Source: Alphaproteobacteria bacterium (GTDB taxonomy: Bacteria; Pseudomonadota; Alphaproteobacteria; SP197). Taken from it: a stretch of DNA of 64,000 bases. The stretch lies in contig OZ245842.1 of assembly GCA_965228895.1 (NCBI GenBank), positions 5,024,001 through 5,088,000 of the forward strand. The letters run 5' to 3'. Position numbers and translations under genes: made by a program. Positions 1 through 10,532 of the stretch are shown piece after piece. How positions within the stretch are numbered: the first letter of the stretch is position 1; the number at the start of each line of letters is the position of its first letter. The notes beneath the pieces were generated by a model that saw nothing but the letters and a program-made list of their open reading frames with translations, was not told the origin of the DNA and made no database searches.

Positions 1-617
1 TTCGGCGTTGTATCCAAGCGAAGAAATTGGGCGAGGCCGGAGAACACCTTGAGCGGATCCGCCAGCATGGTTTCATAACCCATGACGTGCAGGGCCGGAT
101 TGGCGCGACCGGTCCAGCTCTCAACGTTTTGCGACCAGCTGCCCCACGGCTCACCCGCCATAGTCTGCGTCGTTGGTGTCTCGTAGTTGTCGAGGTTCAT
201 CATCTCGATCGTCTTGGGTATCGTCAGGCCCTGATGATCCGCCAGCGATGAGACGATATCCAGCGGGTTTCGCACGATGTAAACCGCGCCGGCTGTGACG
301 GACATGTTGATCGTCGGGTGACCGCGTACCTGAAGAACCGACATGTGCGTCTTGCAGAACATCATGTGCTGCTGACGTTCACTCAGCTTTTTCTGAACAG
401 CCGGCCGCATGGCCGCGACATCGTCCGGTGTCCATTCCTGCCATGGTCGTTTGTCGGATGCCGTGAAGTTCGGCAACGCCGCCTCGTTGGCGGTCAACGC
501 GTCCATCTTATTGATATCAAAAGGCGATTCGGGATCACGAAACAGGTTGTGCAGAAAAGCCCGGACCCAGGTGTTGCCCGACTTTGGATAGCTCGCAATC
601 CAAATGATGCCGCCCAT
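1..617 (-). CDS. PAPS-dependent sulfotransferase (Sulfotransfer_1), copy 5 of tandem array; 3' end runs off the window
   Basis: Not in the ORF track. Hand translation from ATG at 617 gives MGGIIWIASYPKSGNTWVRAFLHNLFRDP...FCKTH...YIVRNPLD, open to position 1. Confidence 0.9.
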   Translation of the reverse strand, partial: MGGIIWIASYPKSGNTWVRAFLHNLFRDPESPFDINKMDALTANEAALPNFTASDKRPWQEWTPDDVAAMRPAVQKKLSERQQHMMFCKTHMSVLQVRGHPTINMSVTAGAVYIVRNPLDIVSSLADHQGLTIPKTIEMMNLDNYETPTTQTMAGEPWGSWSQNVESWTGRANPALHVMGYETMLADPLKVFSGLAQFLRLDTTP

Positions 618-625
618 CGTCTGAT

Positions 626-1465
626 CTAGAAACCGTCGGGCACGTAACCGAAGCGTTCCATTTGCTCCCGGTGCGTATCGACAATTGCCGCGATCTGATC
701 GTCGGTCAGCGTATCGCGCCAAGCGCCGGACTTGCCGCTACGGAAGAAACGTTCCTGGTTGGGCGAACGTTCGACAAAACCGAACTTGTCCTCTTGGGCC
801 TTCAGCACCTTGAACGACGAATTCTTGATCGCGCGTTCAAGCCGCCCCCGCGGCACATCAAGTTGCAGAAATTTGGTGACCGCACCAAAGGTCTTCACCG
901 GCGATGACTTGAGGTCCTCGTAGCGGACGGTTTTCAGCATTTGTCCTTCGCTCCCCGTCCAACTGGCCACGTGCTGGCTCCAACTGCCGAGTGCCTCCGT
1001 CACGTTCGAGCCGCCGACCGGCGTTTCGAAGTTTTCCGTTGCCATCATCTTGGTTGCCATATCGATGTCGACGCCCTGAAAATCGGCAAACGAAATCACG
1101 ACATCGAGCGGATTGCGGATGATGTAGATGGCGCCGGCCGACACCTGCATGTTGACCGTCGGAAATCCACGGACCGACAAAAGAGCGCAGTGCGTCTTGC
1201 AGAACACGGAACCGGTCTGCGACTGGGCAATCATCTCATGGGCGCGCGGGCGCATGCGCGCAATGTCATCGTGCGTCCACTCCTCCGGCGGCCGTGAATC
1301 GATAAGCCGGTACCAACCGCTCGAGGACTCGCCCTGGCTCAAGCTGCCGGTCATCTGGTTGATGTTCATCGCCTGTTTGGGGTCGCGGAACAGGTTATGC
1401 AGAAAGGCCCGCATCCAGGTATTGCCGGATTTCGGATAGCTGGCGAGCCAAACGATGTTTCCCAT
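626..1465 (-). CDS. PAPS-dependent sulfotransferase, copy 4
   Basis: 5'-PSB loop SYPKSGNTW, catalytic KTH, 3'-PB RNPLD..S, C-terminal FFRSGKSGAW. Confidence 0.93.
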   Translation of the reverse strand: MGNIVWLASYPKSGNTWMRAFLHNLFRDPKQAMNINQMTGSLSQGESSSGWYRLIDSRPPEEWTHDDIARMRPRAHEMIAQSQTGSVFCKTHCALLSVRGFPTVNMQVSAGAIYIIRNPLDVVISFADFQGVDIDMATKMMATENFETPVGGSNVTEALGSWSQHVASWTGSEGQMLKTVRYEDLKSSPVKTFGAVTKFLQLDVPRGRLERAIKNSSFKVLKAQEDKFGFVERSPNQERFFRSGKSGAWRDTLTDDQIAAIVDTHREQMERFGYVPDGF

Positions 1466-1482
1466 GGGTTTGTCTCCGCCGC

Positions 1483-2325
1483 CTAAAAGCCGGCCGGCAC
1501 GTAATCGAAACGCTGCATCTGTTCGCGATGGTCGGCAACCACCTTTGCAATCTGCTCGTCGTCGAGTTCATCCTTCCAATGCCCGGCCGTACCCTTGCGG
1601 AAGAAGCGATCCTGGGCCGGCGAGCGTTCGGCGAAACCGTGCTTGTCTTCTTGCGCGCGCAAGACCTTGAACGACGAGTTCTTCACGGCCCGTTCGATAC
1701 GCGCGCGTGGCGCGTCGACCTTGAGGAATCTGGCAATGTTGGAGAACATTTTTACCGGTGCTTTCAGCATGTCCTCATAGCGTACGACAAGCAGACCGGG
1801 ATTTGGCCTGCCCGTCCAGGACTCGACATTTTGTGTCCAAGAACCCAATGGTTCGGAAACGCTTTCGCGATCGTTCGGCAACTCGCAGTTGGTCGTGCCC
1901 AATATCGTTATCGCCTTGTCGACGTCGATGCCTTGAAAGTCAGCAAAGGAGAGCGCGACGTCCAGCGGGTTGCGCACGATGTAGATGGCGCCGGCCGTCA
2001 CGTCCAGGTTGACCGTGGTGTGGCCGCGCAGCTCAAGCAACGCGCAATGCGTCTTACAAAAAATGGTGCCCGGATGATTATCGGCGATCAGCTGATGGAC
2101 CTTGGGCCGCATGGCGTCTATGTCGGGGCGGGTCCATTCCTCCGGTGGACGTGAATCGAGCATCTTGTACCACTTCATGACGGCCTCGCCGGTCGAGATC
2201 AGCCCGCCACCAATCTCGTTTATGTCGAGCGCCTCGCCTGGATTGCGAAACAGGTTATGCAGGAAAGCGCGCAACCAGGTATTGCCGGATTTGGGATAGC
2301 TTGCCAGCCAGATGATGTTGCCCAC
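1483..2325 (-). CDS. PAPS-dependent sulfotransferase, copy 3
   Basis: SYPKSGNTW, KTH, RNPLDVALS, FFRKGTAGHW; GTG start. Confidence 0.93.
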   Translation of the reverse strand: MGNIIWLASYPKSGNTWLRAFLHNLFRNPGEALDINEIGGGLISTGEAVMKWYKMLDSRPPEEWTRPDIDAMRPKVHQLIADNHPGTIFCKTHCALLELRGHTTVNLDVTAGAIYIVRNPLDVALSFADFQGIDVDKAITILGTTNCELPNDRESVSEPLGSWTQNVESWTGRPNPGLLVVRYEDMLKAPVKMFSNIARFLKVDAPRARIERAVKNSSFKVLRAQEDKHGFAERSPAQDRFFRKGTAGHWKDELDDEQIAKVVADHREQMQRFDYVPAGF

Positions 2326-2342
2326 GTCTTACGCCTGTTCCG

Positions 2343-3185
2343 CTAGTAGCCATGAGGAATGTAATCAAACCGGGCCATCTGCTCACGATGAGCCTGGATG
2401 ATCGATTGAGCTTGATCGTCGTTCAATTCATCGCGCCATCCGCCGACCTTGCCGGCACGAAAGAAACGCTCCTGACGATCGGTCCGCTCCGAGAAACCGT
2501 CCTTTTCCTCCATCGTCTTCAACGTCTCGAACGACGAAAACGAAAGCGCGCGTTCTAACCTGTCAGGCGGTGGATTGAGACCCAGGAACCGGACCAGGCC
2601 ACCAAACGTCTCGTCGGGCCGTTCCACGAGATCCTCATACCGCATGATGTGCAAGGCCGGATTGGGGCGCGCGGTCCAGCTCTGAACATGCTCGCTCCAG
2701 CTTCCGATGAGGTGCGGGACCTGCTTGGTTCGCCCTGGCAGCACATGGCCCGTATCGTTCATGACCTTGATGATGTAATCCGGGCCTGAGCCGGAGTGGG
2801 CGGCATAGGACGCGACTATGTCGAGTGGATTGCGCAGGATATAGATGGCGCCTGCAGTAAGCCCAAAGTCAATCACCGGGTAGCCATGCCACTGCACAAG
2901 GGCGCAGTGCGTCTTGACAAAGATGTTGTCGGGCGCGTGTTTGGCGATTTCTTGTTGGGCGGCCGACCGCAGACTGGCCACCCTTTCTTCCTCCCATATC
3001 TCCGGCGTCTCGCCTGATGCCTCTTCGAACCAATGGCGCGTTGTGTCGAGCGGCGACATCGCGCTTACATCATCCGGCGAAAACGGTTGCTTCGGGTTCA
3101 TGAAGAGGTGCAGCAGAAACGCGCGCGTCCACGTGTTGCCGGACTTCGGATAGGACGCGAGCCAAATGATCTTGCCTTTCGTCAC
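2343..3185 (-). CDS. PAPS-dependent sulfotransferase, copy 2
   Basis: SYPKSGNTW, KTH, RNPLDIVAS, FFRAGKVGGW; GTG start. Confidence 0.93.
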   Translation of the reverse strand: MTKGKIIWLASYPKSGNTWTRAFLLHLFMNPKQPFSPDDVSAMSPLDTTRHWFEEASGETPEIWEEERVASLRSAAQQEIAKHAPDNIFVKTHCALVQWHGYPVIDFGLTAGAIYILRNPLDIVASYAAHSGSGPDYIIKVMNDTGHVLPGRTKQVPHLIGSWSEHVQSWTARPNPALHIMRYEDLVERPDETFGGLVRFLGLNPPPDRLERALSFSSFETLKTMEEKDGFSERTDRQERFFRAGKVGGWRDELNDDQAQSIIQAHREQMARFDYIPHGY

Positions 3186-3188
3186 GCG

Positions 3189-4040
3189 TCAGTGACCCTT
3201 CGGCACGTAGCCGAAGCGTTCCATGTCCGCGCGGTGGCTCTTGACCACGCGCGCCACCTGGTCGTCGGAGAGCACGTCGCACCATTGGCCTTTCTTTCCG
3301 ACACGGAAAAATCGGTCGGCATGCTCACTGCGCTCGACAAAGCCATCCCTTTCTTCCTGTTTCCGCAACACCTGGAACGAAGCGTGGCGGACGGCGCGTT
3401 CGATTTGCGGGCGCGGGACATCGAGACCGAGAAATTTCGCGACGCCGGCAAAGGTCCGATGGGTCTCATCGAGCATGTCTTCGTAGCGCACCACGTGAAG
3501 ACCCGGATTGGGCCTGCCCGTCCAACTTTCGACGTGCTGGGACCAACTGCCAATAAAATCGATCATCAAGGTGTCGGACATCGATGTATGGGAATTCTGG
3601 GTCGCCATGAGATCAATGATGTCGTCGACCGGTCGCCCGAGGTGATGGCTGAACGACACCACCACGTCAAGCGGATTGCGGATGATGTAGATGGCGCCGG
3701 CCGTCACCGCCAGATTGATCGTTGGGTGTCCAGCGAACTCAAGTACCGCGCTGTGTGTCTTGATGAATCGTGTCCCGGTGGCTTGACCGGCAAGCGCCTC
3801 CTGGACCGGCGCTCTGAGTGCGGCGATCTCGCTCGCCGTCATCCCGTCGAGAGACCGCCCCGCGACCGCCGCGTAGTGTTCCGGCGTCACGTCGCCGGTC
3901 GTTAGGTCGTCCAGACGGTTGATGGCATGAGGTCGCTGTCCTTTCAGCATCATGTTGTGCAGAAAAGCACGCATCCAGGTGTTGCCGGACTTCGGATAGC
4001 TGGCAAGCCAGATCAGATTTCCCATTTTTGCCGCCGACAT
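3189..4040 (-). CDS. PAPS-dependent sulfotransferase, copy 1
   Basis: SYPKSGNTW, KTH, RNPLDVVVS, FFRVGKKGQW. Confidence 0.93.
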   Translation of the reverse strand: MSAAKMGNLIWLASYPKSGNTWMRAFLHNMMLKGQRPHAINRLDDLTTGDVTPEHYAAVAGRSLDGMTASEIAALRAPVQEALAGQATGTRFIKTHSAVLEFAGHPTINLAVTAGAIYIIRNPLDVVVSFSHHLGRPVDDIIDLMATQNSHTSMSDTLMIDFIGSWSQHVESWTGRPNPGLHVVRYEDMLDETHRTFAGVAKFLGLDVPRPQIERAVRHASFQVLRKQEERDGFVERSEHADRFFRVGKKGQWCDVLSDDQVARVVKSHRADMERFGYVPKGH

Positions 4041-4096
4041 GCTCGCTGCAGGAGCGATCTCTGTTGCTGGCCGGGTCTAGCATAAGAACAGCGGAC

Positions 4097-4125
4097 AAAA
4101 AAAGGGGCGGCCGAAGCCGCCCCTT
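4097..4125 (-). terminator. Intrinsic terminator after the porin gene
   Basis: Minus strand AAGGGGCGGC-TTCG-GCCGCCCCTT running into a T tract. Confidence 0.9.
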
Positions 4126-4152
4126 CTCGACATGTCCTCGGTAGAGGACAGA

Positions 4153-5361
4153 TCAGAAGCTGATCAACAGACCGGCACCACCGAAGTAGGTGTCGTAGTC
4201 GCGATTGACCACACCGTCATCAAACTGGTCGAAACCAACAGCACCAGTTACCGCGATACCCGGGCCCAGGTCGTACTGACCCATCAGGCGATAGGCATCA
4301 AACTCGTCGGTAACCGCAGCCGCGGCAAGTGTACCGGCAGAGTAGTCGGTCTCGGAATGCAGCCAGTAGATACCAGCACTCCAGGGACCGTCTGCGTAGT
4401 ACGACAGACCGACGTCAAAGGTTTCGATGTCCGTACCGGCGACGTTGGCGTTGTCCGATGTGTTCATGTACGAACCACCGAGACCCCAGTTGCCGTAGTA
4501 GAGGACAACACCGGCATTCCATGAGTTGGAATCCGTGGTGCCAATGTTGATAGGCGCGTTCTGGATGGCCTTCGACTGAACATCCAAATAGCCGCCAGCC
4601 ACGGTCAGACCGACATCGCCGATCTCACCGTCATAACGGGCGCCAACCGACCAGGTCTCACCATGCGTAAACGCTGGCGTCGTGGTCGTACCGCCGATCT
4701 GGACCGGCAGTGTGTACACACCGGCCGGACGGGCTTCCTTGTTGTCCGGCGCATAAGAAGCACCGAACTGGAAGCCGTTGAACACTGGCGAGAAGTACAT
4801 CACCCGCGCATCGTCGCCCGTCTGATTCGGGAACGTGGCGAACGTGACGCTAGCACCGGCCGCGAAACGCGAGCGGGCAAGACCGGTCGTCTGAGCAAAG
4901 AACTGGGACAGACCGTTAGCGAACACGGACGGCGTGTTGGCTGCGAACACGTAGTTAATGTAAGGCGCAGCCGTTGCCATGTTGTAGGACGCCGGATCAT
5001 CGTTACCAATCCGGAAGGTACCGAACGAGCCTTCGATGTAGGCGTAGTTCTCGTCCAGCTGATCGCCCTGGGTCTCGCCCTCGATCTCGATGCGAACACC
5101 GACTTCAAGGCCGTTATCCAGAACGGTCTTACCGCGAACCTGCAACTCGCCATCAAACTTGATGTCGTGGTCGCCTTTGTTAAAGCCGGGCTCGTTCGGA
5201 ATCGAAACACCGTTGCCCGCGCTGTCGTCATTGTCGGCGAGGAACACCGCCCAATTGTGGTAACCACCGAAGCTAAGCTCAATCGGCTCGGCAGCGGACG
5301 CCTGTCCGGCAACCAGGCCAACCGAAACCATCGCGGTGGTCCCAAGCAGCACTTTCTTCAT
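4153..5361 (-). CDS. Outer-membrane porin (alphaproteobacterial type)
   Basis: Signal MKKVLLGTTA...ASA, TVLDNGLEVGVRIEIEG, YFSPVFNGFQFGASY, C-terminal Phe. Confidence 0.92.
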   Translation of the reverse strand: MKKVLLGTTAMVSVGLVAGQASAAEPIELSFGGYHNWAVFLADNDDSAGNGVSIPNEPGFNKGDHDIKFDGELQVRGKTVLDNGLEVGVRIEIEGETQGDQLDENYAYIEGSFGTFRIGNDDPASYNMATAAPYINYVFAANTPSVFANGLSQFFAQTTGLARSRFAAGASVTFATFPNQTGDDARVMYFSPVFNGFQFGASYAPDNKEARPAGVYTLPVQIGGTTTTPAFTHGETWSVGARYDGEIGDVGLTVAGGYLDVQSKAIQNAPINIGTTDSNSWNAGVVLYYGNWGLGGSYMNTSDNANVAGTDIETFDVGLSYYADGPWSAGIYWLHSETDYSAGTLAAAAVTDEFDAYRLMGQYDLGPGIAVTGAVGFDQFDDGVVNRDYDTYFGGAGLLISF

Positions 5362-5563
5362 TGCGCAAACCTCCTAAGGGACTAACTCTTAAACGCCTTT
5401 CCGGAACGGAAAGAAAAATCAGGTTCTGGTTTGACCGGCACCTGGCTTTCGCCAGGGCCTCAACGCCGGCCAAGGGACCGCGCCCGATTACGGCGTTGAA
5501 ACTACTGGAGCTAAAAAACAAACCCAAGACTTTTGGGGTACCGCTTGTGGCTTTTCCAACCCA

Positions 5564-5583
5564 CTGTGGCAAGAATGCCGCAG
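5564..5583. promoter_or_regulatory. Dyad CTGTGGCA-AGAA-TGCCGCAG in the porin/DUF3576 divergent region; putative operator
   Basis: 8-bp arms with 1 mismatch; a second TGTGGC half-site at 5546-5551. Confidence 0.45.
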
Positions 5584-5708
5584 TAGGTGTTGGAAACTAC
5601 AGGCATTCCCCGCTTGCCGAGGCCCGGTCAATAAGCCAATGTGCGCCATCTATAGAAAGGTCATAAACAGGTGTATTCTTGCTCACGACGACGAGGGAAA
5701 CGACCATC

Positions 5709-6257
5709 TTGTACCACTTTCGAGTAGTCGCGTTGGTGTTGACGGCAGCGGTGCTGGTGGCCTGCGGCCCCTCCGAGGGCTCCGGTGTGGCCGATACCGT
5801 GCAGACGCCCCAGGGCAGGTTCGAAAAAGACGTCGACGACCCCACCCGCGAGACCATCTTCGGTCCGGGCGGCTTGAGTGCGGCGCTGTTCGACGAACAG
5901 GGCGGCACGGGCGATGGCGGCGGCGGTGGCGGTATCGGCGTCAACGCATTCCTTTGGCGCGCTGCGCTCGATACATTCTCGTTTCTGCCGCCATTCTCTG
6001 CCGATCCGATCGGCGGCGTAATCATTTATGACTGGTATTCGCCGCCCGAGACCCCTGGCGAGCGGTTCAAGGTCACGGTCTATATCCTTGACACGCGGCT
6101 TCGCGCGGACGGCATAAAAGTCGCGGTTTTCCGCCAAGTTCGCGATGTCTATGGCGAATGGGTCGAGGCTCAGGTCGATGCTTCCATGGAAACGCAGCTT
6201 GAGAACGCGGTATTGACCCGCGCCCGCCAGATCAGGATCGCCCAGCTCGGGCAGTAA
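5709..6257 (+). CDS. DUF3576 family lipoprotein
   Basis: Lipobox LVAC, GVNAFLWRAALDT, DPIGGVIIYDWY; usual position upstream of leuS; TTG start chosen after GAGGG RBS (track start 5679). Confidence 0.85.
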   Translation: MYHFRVVALVLTAAVLVACGPSEGSGVADTVQTPQGRFEKDVDDPTRETIFGPGGLSAALFDEQGGTGDGGGGGGIGVNAFLWRAALDTFSFLPPFSADPIGGVIIYDWYSPPETPGERFKVTVYILDTRLRADGIKVAVFRQVRDVYGEWVEAQVDASMETQLENAVLTRARQIRIAQLGQ

Positions 6258-6381
6258 CCGAAAGCGCCTACTGTTGAGGTTAACGGGCCGCTTTGAAACC
6301 CAGGCGGGCTGCGCTAGCTTGCGCCGACGGCCCCAAACTCGGAAAACCGGCCTGTTTTCGGCCCCATAGAAAACGGTACAT

Positions 6382-8955
6382 ATGGCCCAGCAACGGTACA
6401 ATTTTCGCGATGCCGAGCCGCGGTGGCAGCGCATTTGGGACGAACGCGGCACGTTTCGTCCCGACAATGACGACGATCGCCCCAAAGCCTATGTTCTGGA
6501 AATGTTTCCCTATCCGTCGGGCCGCATCCACATGGGGCACGTGCGCAACTACACGATGGGTGACCTGGTGGCGCGCTACCGCCGTGCCCAAGGCTTCAAC
6601 GTGCTGCACCCCATGGGCTGGGACGCCTTTGGCCTGCCGGCTGAAAACGCTGCCATGGCCAAAGGCGTGCATCCGCGCGAGTGGACCTATCAGAACATCG
6701 CGACGATGCGCGGTCAGTTGCAGAAGATGGGCCTTTCGATCGACTGGAGCCGGGAGATCGCGACCTGCCATCCCGAGTACTATCGCCACCAGCAGCACCT
6801 GTTCCTCGATTTGATGGCGGCCGGCCTGGTCGACCGCCGCGAGGCATGGGTTAACTGGGATCCGGTTGATCAGACCGTTCTGGCCAACGAGCAGGTGATC
6901 GAAGGCCGTGGCTGGCGGTCCGGTGCGCCGGTTGAAAAACGCCAGTTGAATCAATGGGTTTTCAAGATCACTGATTTTGCCGACGAGCTGGCAGACGCGC
7001 TCGATGGGCTCGATCGCTGGCCGGACAAGGTCCGTCTCATGCAACGCAACTGGATTGGCCGGTCGGAAGGCCTCAGGATGTCCTTCGAGCTGGTCGGTCG
7101 CGACGACCTGCTGGAGGTCTTCACCACCCGCCATGACACCATCTTCGGCGCCAGCTTCATGGCGATTTCGCCGGAACACCCGCTGGCCGGCACCTTGGCC
7201 AAGGACGATGAAGGACTAACCGACTTCATCGCCGAATGCGGCCGGCTTGGTACCAGCGAGGAGGCAATCGAACGGGCGGAGAAGAAAGGCTACGATACCG
7301 GCCTCAAGGCGCGCCATCCCTTCATCGAGGATGTCGAGCTGCCCGTCTATGTCGCCAACTTCGTGCTGATGGAGTACGGCACCGGTGCGATTTTCGGCTG
7401 CCCCGCCCATGACCAGCGCGACCTGGATTTTGCCCGTAAGTACGCCCTGACGGTGACGCCCGTGGTGGTCCCCGGCGACACCGACACCGCGACCTTCGAG
7501 ATCGGCGACGAGGCCTTTAAGGGTGACGGCCTGATCGCCAACTCTGATTTTCTGGACGGCATGAGCGTCGATGAGGCCAAGCAGGCGGTCGCCGAACGTA
7601 TGGAGCAGACCAATCGCGGCAAACGGGAGATCAACTACCGGTTGCGTGATTGGGGCGTGTCCCGGCAACGCTATTGGGGCTGCCCGATCCCCGTGGTTCA
7701 CTGTCCAGATTGCGGCATCGTGCCGGTGCCGAAGGCCGAGCTGCCGGTGCGCTTGCCCGACGACGTCGATCTCAGCAAACCAGGCAACCTGTTGGATCAT
7801 CATCCGAGCTGGAAACACACCACCTGTCCCGGCTGTGGTGCCGCGGCGGCCCGCGACACCGATACCCTCGACACGTTTGTCGACAGCTCCTGGTACTTCC
7901 TGCGTTTTTGTTCGCCACGAAGCGACGAACCGATGGACAAGGCGGCGGTCGGTTATTGGATGCCGATCGACCAGTACATCGGCGGCGTTGAGCACGCGGT
8001 GCTGCATCTCCTCTATTCGCGCTTCTTCGCCCGCGCGCTCAGGCGTTGCGGTTATGTCGACTTCGACGAACCGTTCGCCGGTCTCTTTACGCAGGGCATG
8101 GTCGGCCATGAAATCTATCAAGCCGCCGATGGCAGCTATCTCGAACCCGCCGACGTCGCGAAGGGCGCCGACGGGACGGTCACGGTCGCAGCCACCGGTG
8201 CGCCGGTTACCGTCGGGCGGTCGGAAAAGATGTCGAAGTCGAAGAAGAATGTCATCGACCCCGACGACATCATCGCCGAATACGGCGCCGACACAGCGCG
8301 GTGGTTCATGTTGTCTGACTCGCCGCCTGCCCGCGATCTCGAGTGGACGTCCGAAGGTGTCGCCGGCGCCTACCGGTTTGTGCAGCGCATCGCGCGCCTC
8401 GTCTCGGCAGCCGCGCCCGACCTGCCCGATCCGGGGGCGGCGCGTCCCGAGAGTTTGAGGGATGCGGCGATCAGCCTGCGTCAGGCGACGCACGGCGCGA
8501 TCGACGGGATCACCACGGACATCGAAGCGTTCCACTTTAACCGCGCGGTCGCGCGCATCCACGAGCTGACGAACGCGATCGCCGAATTCAATGCCGAAGA
8601 TGATGCCGATAGATGGGCATTGCGCGAAGCGTTGGACATCATGATTACGTTGGTCGGGCCGATGATGCCGCATCTGGGTGAAGAGATGTGGCACGCGTTG
8701 GGTCACGAGAACCTTCTGGCAGATACGCCGTGGCCCGTCGCCGACGCGACGCTCCTGGTCCGCGACAGCGTCACCATTCCGGTTCAGGTAAACGGTAAGC
8801 TGCGCGCCAAGGTCACCATGCCGCGCGGCGTCGCCAACGATGACATGGAAGCCGCCGCGCTGGCCGATGACAACGTTCAGCGCGCGATTGACGGCAAGGC
8901 CGTGCGCAAGGTGATTGTCGTGCCCGACAAAATCGTCAACATCGTCGTCGCATGA
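6382..8955 (+). CDS. leuS: Leucine--tRNA ligase
   Basis: [18 protein letters not shown], editing-domain [15 protein letters not shown]. Confidence 0.99.
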   Translation: MAQQRYNFRDAEPRWQRIWDERGTFRPDNDDDRPKAYVLEMFPYPSGRIHMGHVRNYTMGDLVARYRRAQGFNVLHPMGWDAFGLPAENAAMAKGVHPREWTYQNIATMRGQLQKMGLSIDWSREIATCHPEYYRHQQHLFLDLMAAGLVDRREAWVNWDPVDQTVLANEQVIEGRGWRSGAPVEKRQLNQWVFKITDFADELADALDGLDRWPDKVRLMQRNWIGRSEGLRMSFELVGRDDLLEVFTTRHDTIFGASFMAISPEHPLAGTLAKDDEGLTDFIAECGRLGTSEEAIERAEKKGYDTGLKARHPFIEDVELPVYVANFVLMEYGTGAIFGCPAHDQRDLDFARKYALTVTPVVVPGDTDTATFEIGDEAFKGDGLIANSDFLDGMSVDEAKQAVAERMEQTNRGKREINYRLRDWGVSRQRYWGCPIPVVHCPDCGIVPVPKAELPVRLPDDVDLSKPGNLLDHHPSWKHTTCPGCGAAAARDTDTLDTFVDSSWYFLRFCSPRSDEPMDKAAVGYWMPIDQYIGGVEHAVLHLLYSRFFARALRRCGYVDFDEPFAGLFTQGMVGHEIYQAADGSYLEPADVAKGADGTVTVAATGAPVTVGRSEKMSKSKKNVIDPDDIIAEYGADTARWFMLSDSPPARDLEWTSEGVAGAYRFVQRIARLVSAAAPDLPDPGAARPESLRDAAISLRQATHGAIDGITTDIEAFHFNRAVARIHELTNAIAEFNAEDDADRWALREALDIMITLVGPMMPHLGEEMWHALGHENLLADTPWPVADATLLVRDSVTIPVQVNGKLRAKVTMPRGVANDDMEAAALADDNVQRAIDGKAVRKVIVVPDKIVNIVVA

Positions 8956-9476
8956 AACGGACTCTTAACCGACGCGGATTCATGTTCCCTGCTTTGGGGG
9001 CGGTAGGTCTGATTGTTAGCGGCTGCGGCTTCAAACCGCTCTATGGCACGCCGGAGAGCGGCGAGGGCGCAACGCTGGAGATGGCTTCCGTGCGAGTCGA
9101 TCCGATCCCAGACCGGATCGGGCAGGTGTTGCGCAACGAATTGACCGACCGGCTTACCGCGGGCGTTGGTCCGCAGCCAACCCGCTACAGACTTTTGGTC
9201 AAGATTCGGGAGTCGACGGCGCCGCTTCAGATCCAAACGACCGACACGATCACCCGCTACAACTTCACCCTGTCGGCAAGGTTTCAGCTGATCGACAGTG
9301 CGACGGGCAATGTCGTCTATGACGACAACGCGCGTGCGGTCGGCAGCTATGACGTTGTCGAGTCAGAGTTCGCGACATTGGTCGCCGAACAGGAGACCGG
9401 CCGCGAAGCCGCGCGTGATCTCTCCTCGTCGATCTCCGCGCTGCTGGCGCTTTACTTCACACGCAGCGCAAGTTAG
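8952..9476 (+). CDS. lptE: LPS assembly lipoprotein LptE
   Basis: Lipobox [11 protein letters not shown]; located between leuS and holA. Confidence 0.85.
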   Translation: MKRTLNRRGFMFPALGAVGLIVSGCGFKPLYGTPESGEGATLEMASVRVDPIPDRIGQVLRNELTDRLTAGVGPQPTRYRLLVKIRESTAPLQIQTTDTITRYNFTLSARFQLIDSATGNVVYDDNARAVGSYDVVESEFATLVAEQETGREAARDLSSSISALLALYFTRSAS

Positions 9477-9491
9477 CGCGTTGGGCGAACC

Positions 9492-10532
9492 GTGAAGATC
9501 TCGGCGCGTCAGGCCGACGGCTTCGTCAAACAGCCCGATTCCAAGGTGCGCGCGGTTCTGATCTATGGGCCCGACGCCGGACTGGTGCGCGAGCGCGCAG
9601 AAACGCTGGCGCGCGGTGTGGTCGATGACCCGGCCGACCCGTTTCGGGTTGCCGAACTGGACCCGTCGGCCGTCGCCAAGGATGCCGCCTTACTGAACGA
9701 TGAAGCCGCCGCAATCGCGTTGACCGGAGGGCGGCGCGTTGTTCGGATCAAGGACGCCGGCGATCGCGTGGCCGAGGCGATGAAGGCCTTCCTGGCTGAT
9801 CCGCTCGGTGACGCTCTGGTCATCGTCGAGGGTGGCGAGTTGAGCGCGTCGTCCAAGCTACGCAAGGCATTCGAGGCGGCAGGTCTGGGTGCCGCCCTGC
9901 CCTGCTATCGTGACGAAGGCCGCGACTTGGAACGGGTCGTCGGTGACGCTCTGGCCGAGCAAGGCCTGCGGGCGCAGCCTGACGCGGTCGGCTTGCTGGC
10001 GGACCTTCTGGGCGGCGACCGTCTTTTGACCCGTTCGGAGATCGCCAAGCTAGCGGTCTACATGGGCGACACAAAAGACGTCGGAACCGGTGATATCGAA
10101 GCGATTGTGGCGGACAGCTCCTATCTGACTTTTGAAACCATAGCGCGTGCCGTGATGGCGGGCGATGCGGTGGTCTTGGGGCGCGGCTTGGACCGGGCGT
10201 TTGGTGAACGGGAAAGCCCGGTCGCTGTGCTCGGGGCGGTACGCCGTGACTTGCAGCGTCTCGCACTCTTCGTGGCGCTGTCGGGCGAAACCGGATCGGC
10301 CGACGCGGCGCTGAAGGCAATGCGGCTTGATCCCCGGCGTCACTTCAGAATTGTTGAGCCCTTGAGATCTGCCGCCAAGCGATGGCGCGCGGACGACGTG
10401 GCGATCGCACTGGCCTGGTTGGCCGAGGCCGATCTGCAGTGCAAGTCGACCGGTTTTCCCGACGTCACGATTTGCCGCGAGGTTCTGCTGCGCATCGTCA
10501 ACGGGTTGAAAGAGAAGCGCCTGGTCGCATGA
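9492..10532 (+). CDS. holA: DNA polymerase III delta subunit
   Basis: VLIYGPDAGLVRERA, SEIAKLAVY, DLQCKSTG; synteny. Confidence 0.95.
   Translation: MKISARQADGFVKQPDSKVRAVLIYGPDAGLVRERAETLARGVVDDPADPFRVAELDPSAVAKDAALLNDEAAAIALTGGRRVVRIKDAGDRVAEAMKAFLADPLGDALVIVEGGELSASSKLRKAFEAAGLGAALPCYRDEGRDLERVVGDALAEQGLRAQPDAVGLLADLLGGDRLLTRSEIAKLAVYMGDTKDVGTGDIEAIVADSSYLTFETIARAVMAGDAVVLGRGLDRAFGERESPVAVLGAVRRDLQRLALFVALSGETGSADAALKAMRLDPRRHFRIVEPLRSAAKRWRADDVAIALAWLAEADLQCKSTGFPDVTICREVLLRIVNGLKEKRLVA

Noticed and set aside
1107-3703. 34-bp identical stretch in two sulfotransferase copies (1107-1140 and 3670-3703), possible gene conversion or repeat array
   Set aside because: It encodes the conserved AGAIYIIRNPL motif; protein constraint plus codon bias explains it. 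Not CRISPR-like.
5901-5942. GGC-rich repeat in the DUF3576 gene
   Set aside because: Encodes a Gly linker with mixed codons; not a contingency repeat.
7216-8706. Long antisense ORFs (also 14392..15405, 26984..28192, 44885..46405, 46956..48200, 53032..54261)
   Set aside because: Shadows of genuine genes caused by high-GC codon bias; no motifs; fully overlap well-supported CDSs.
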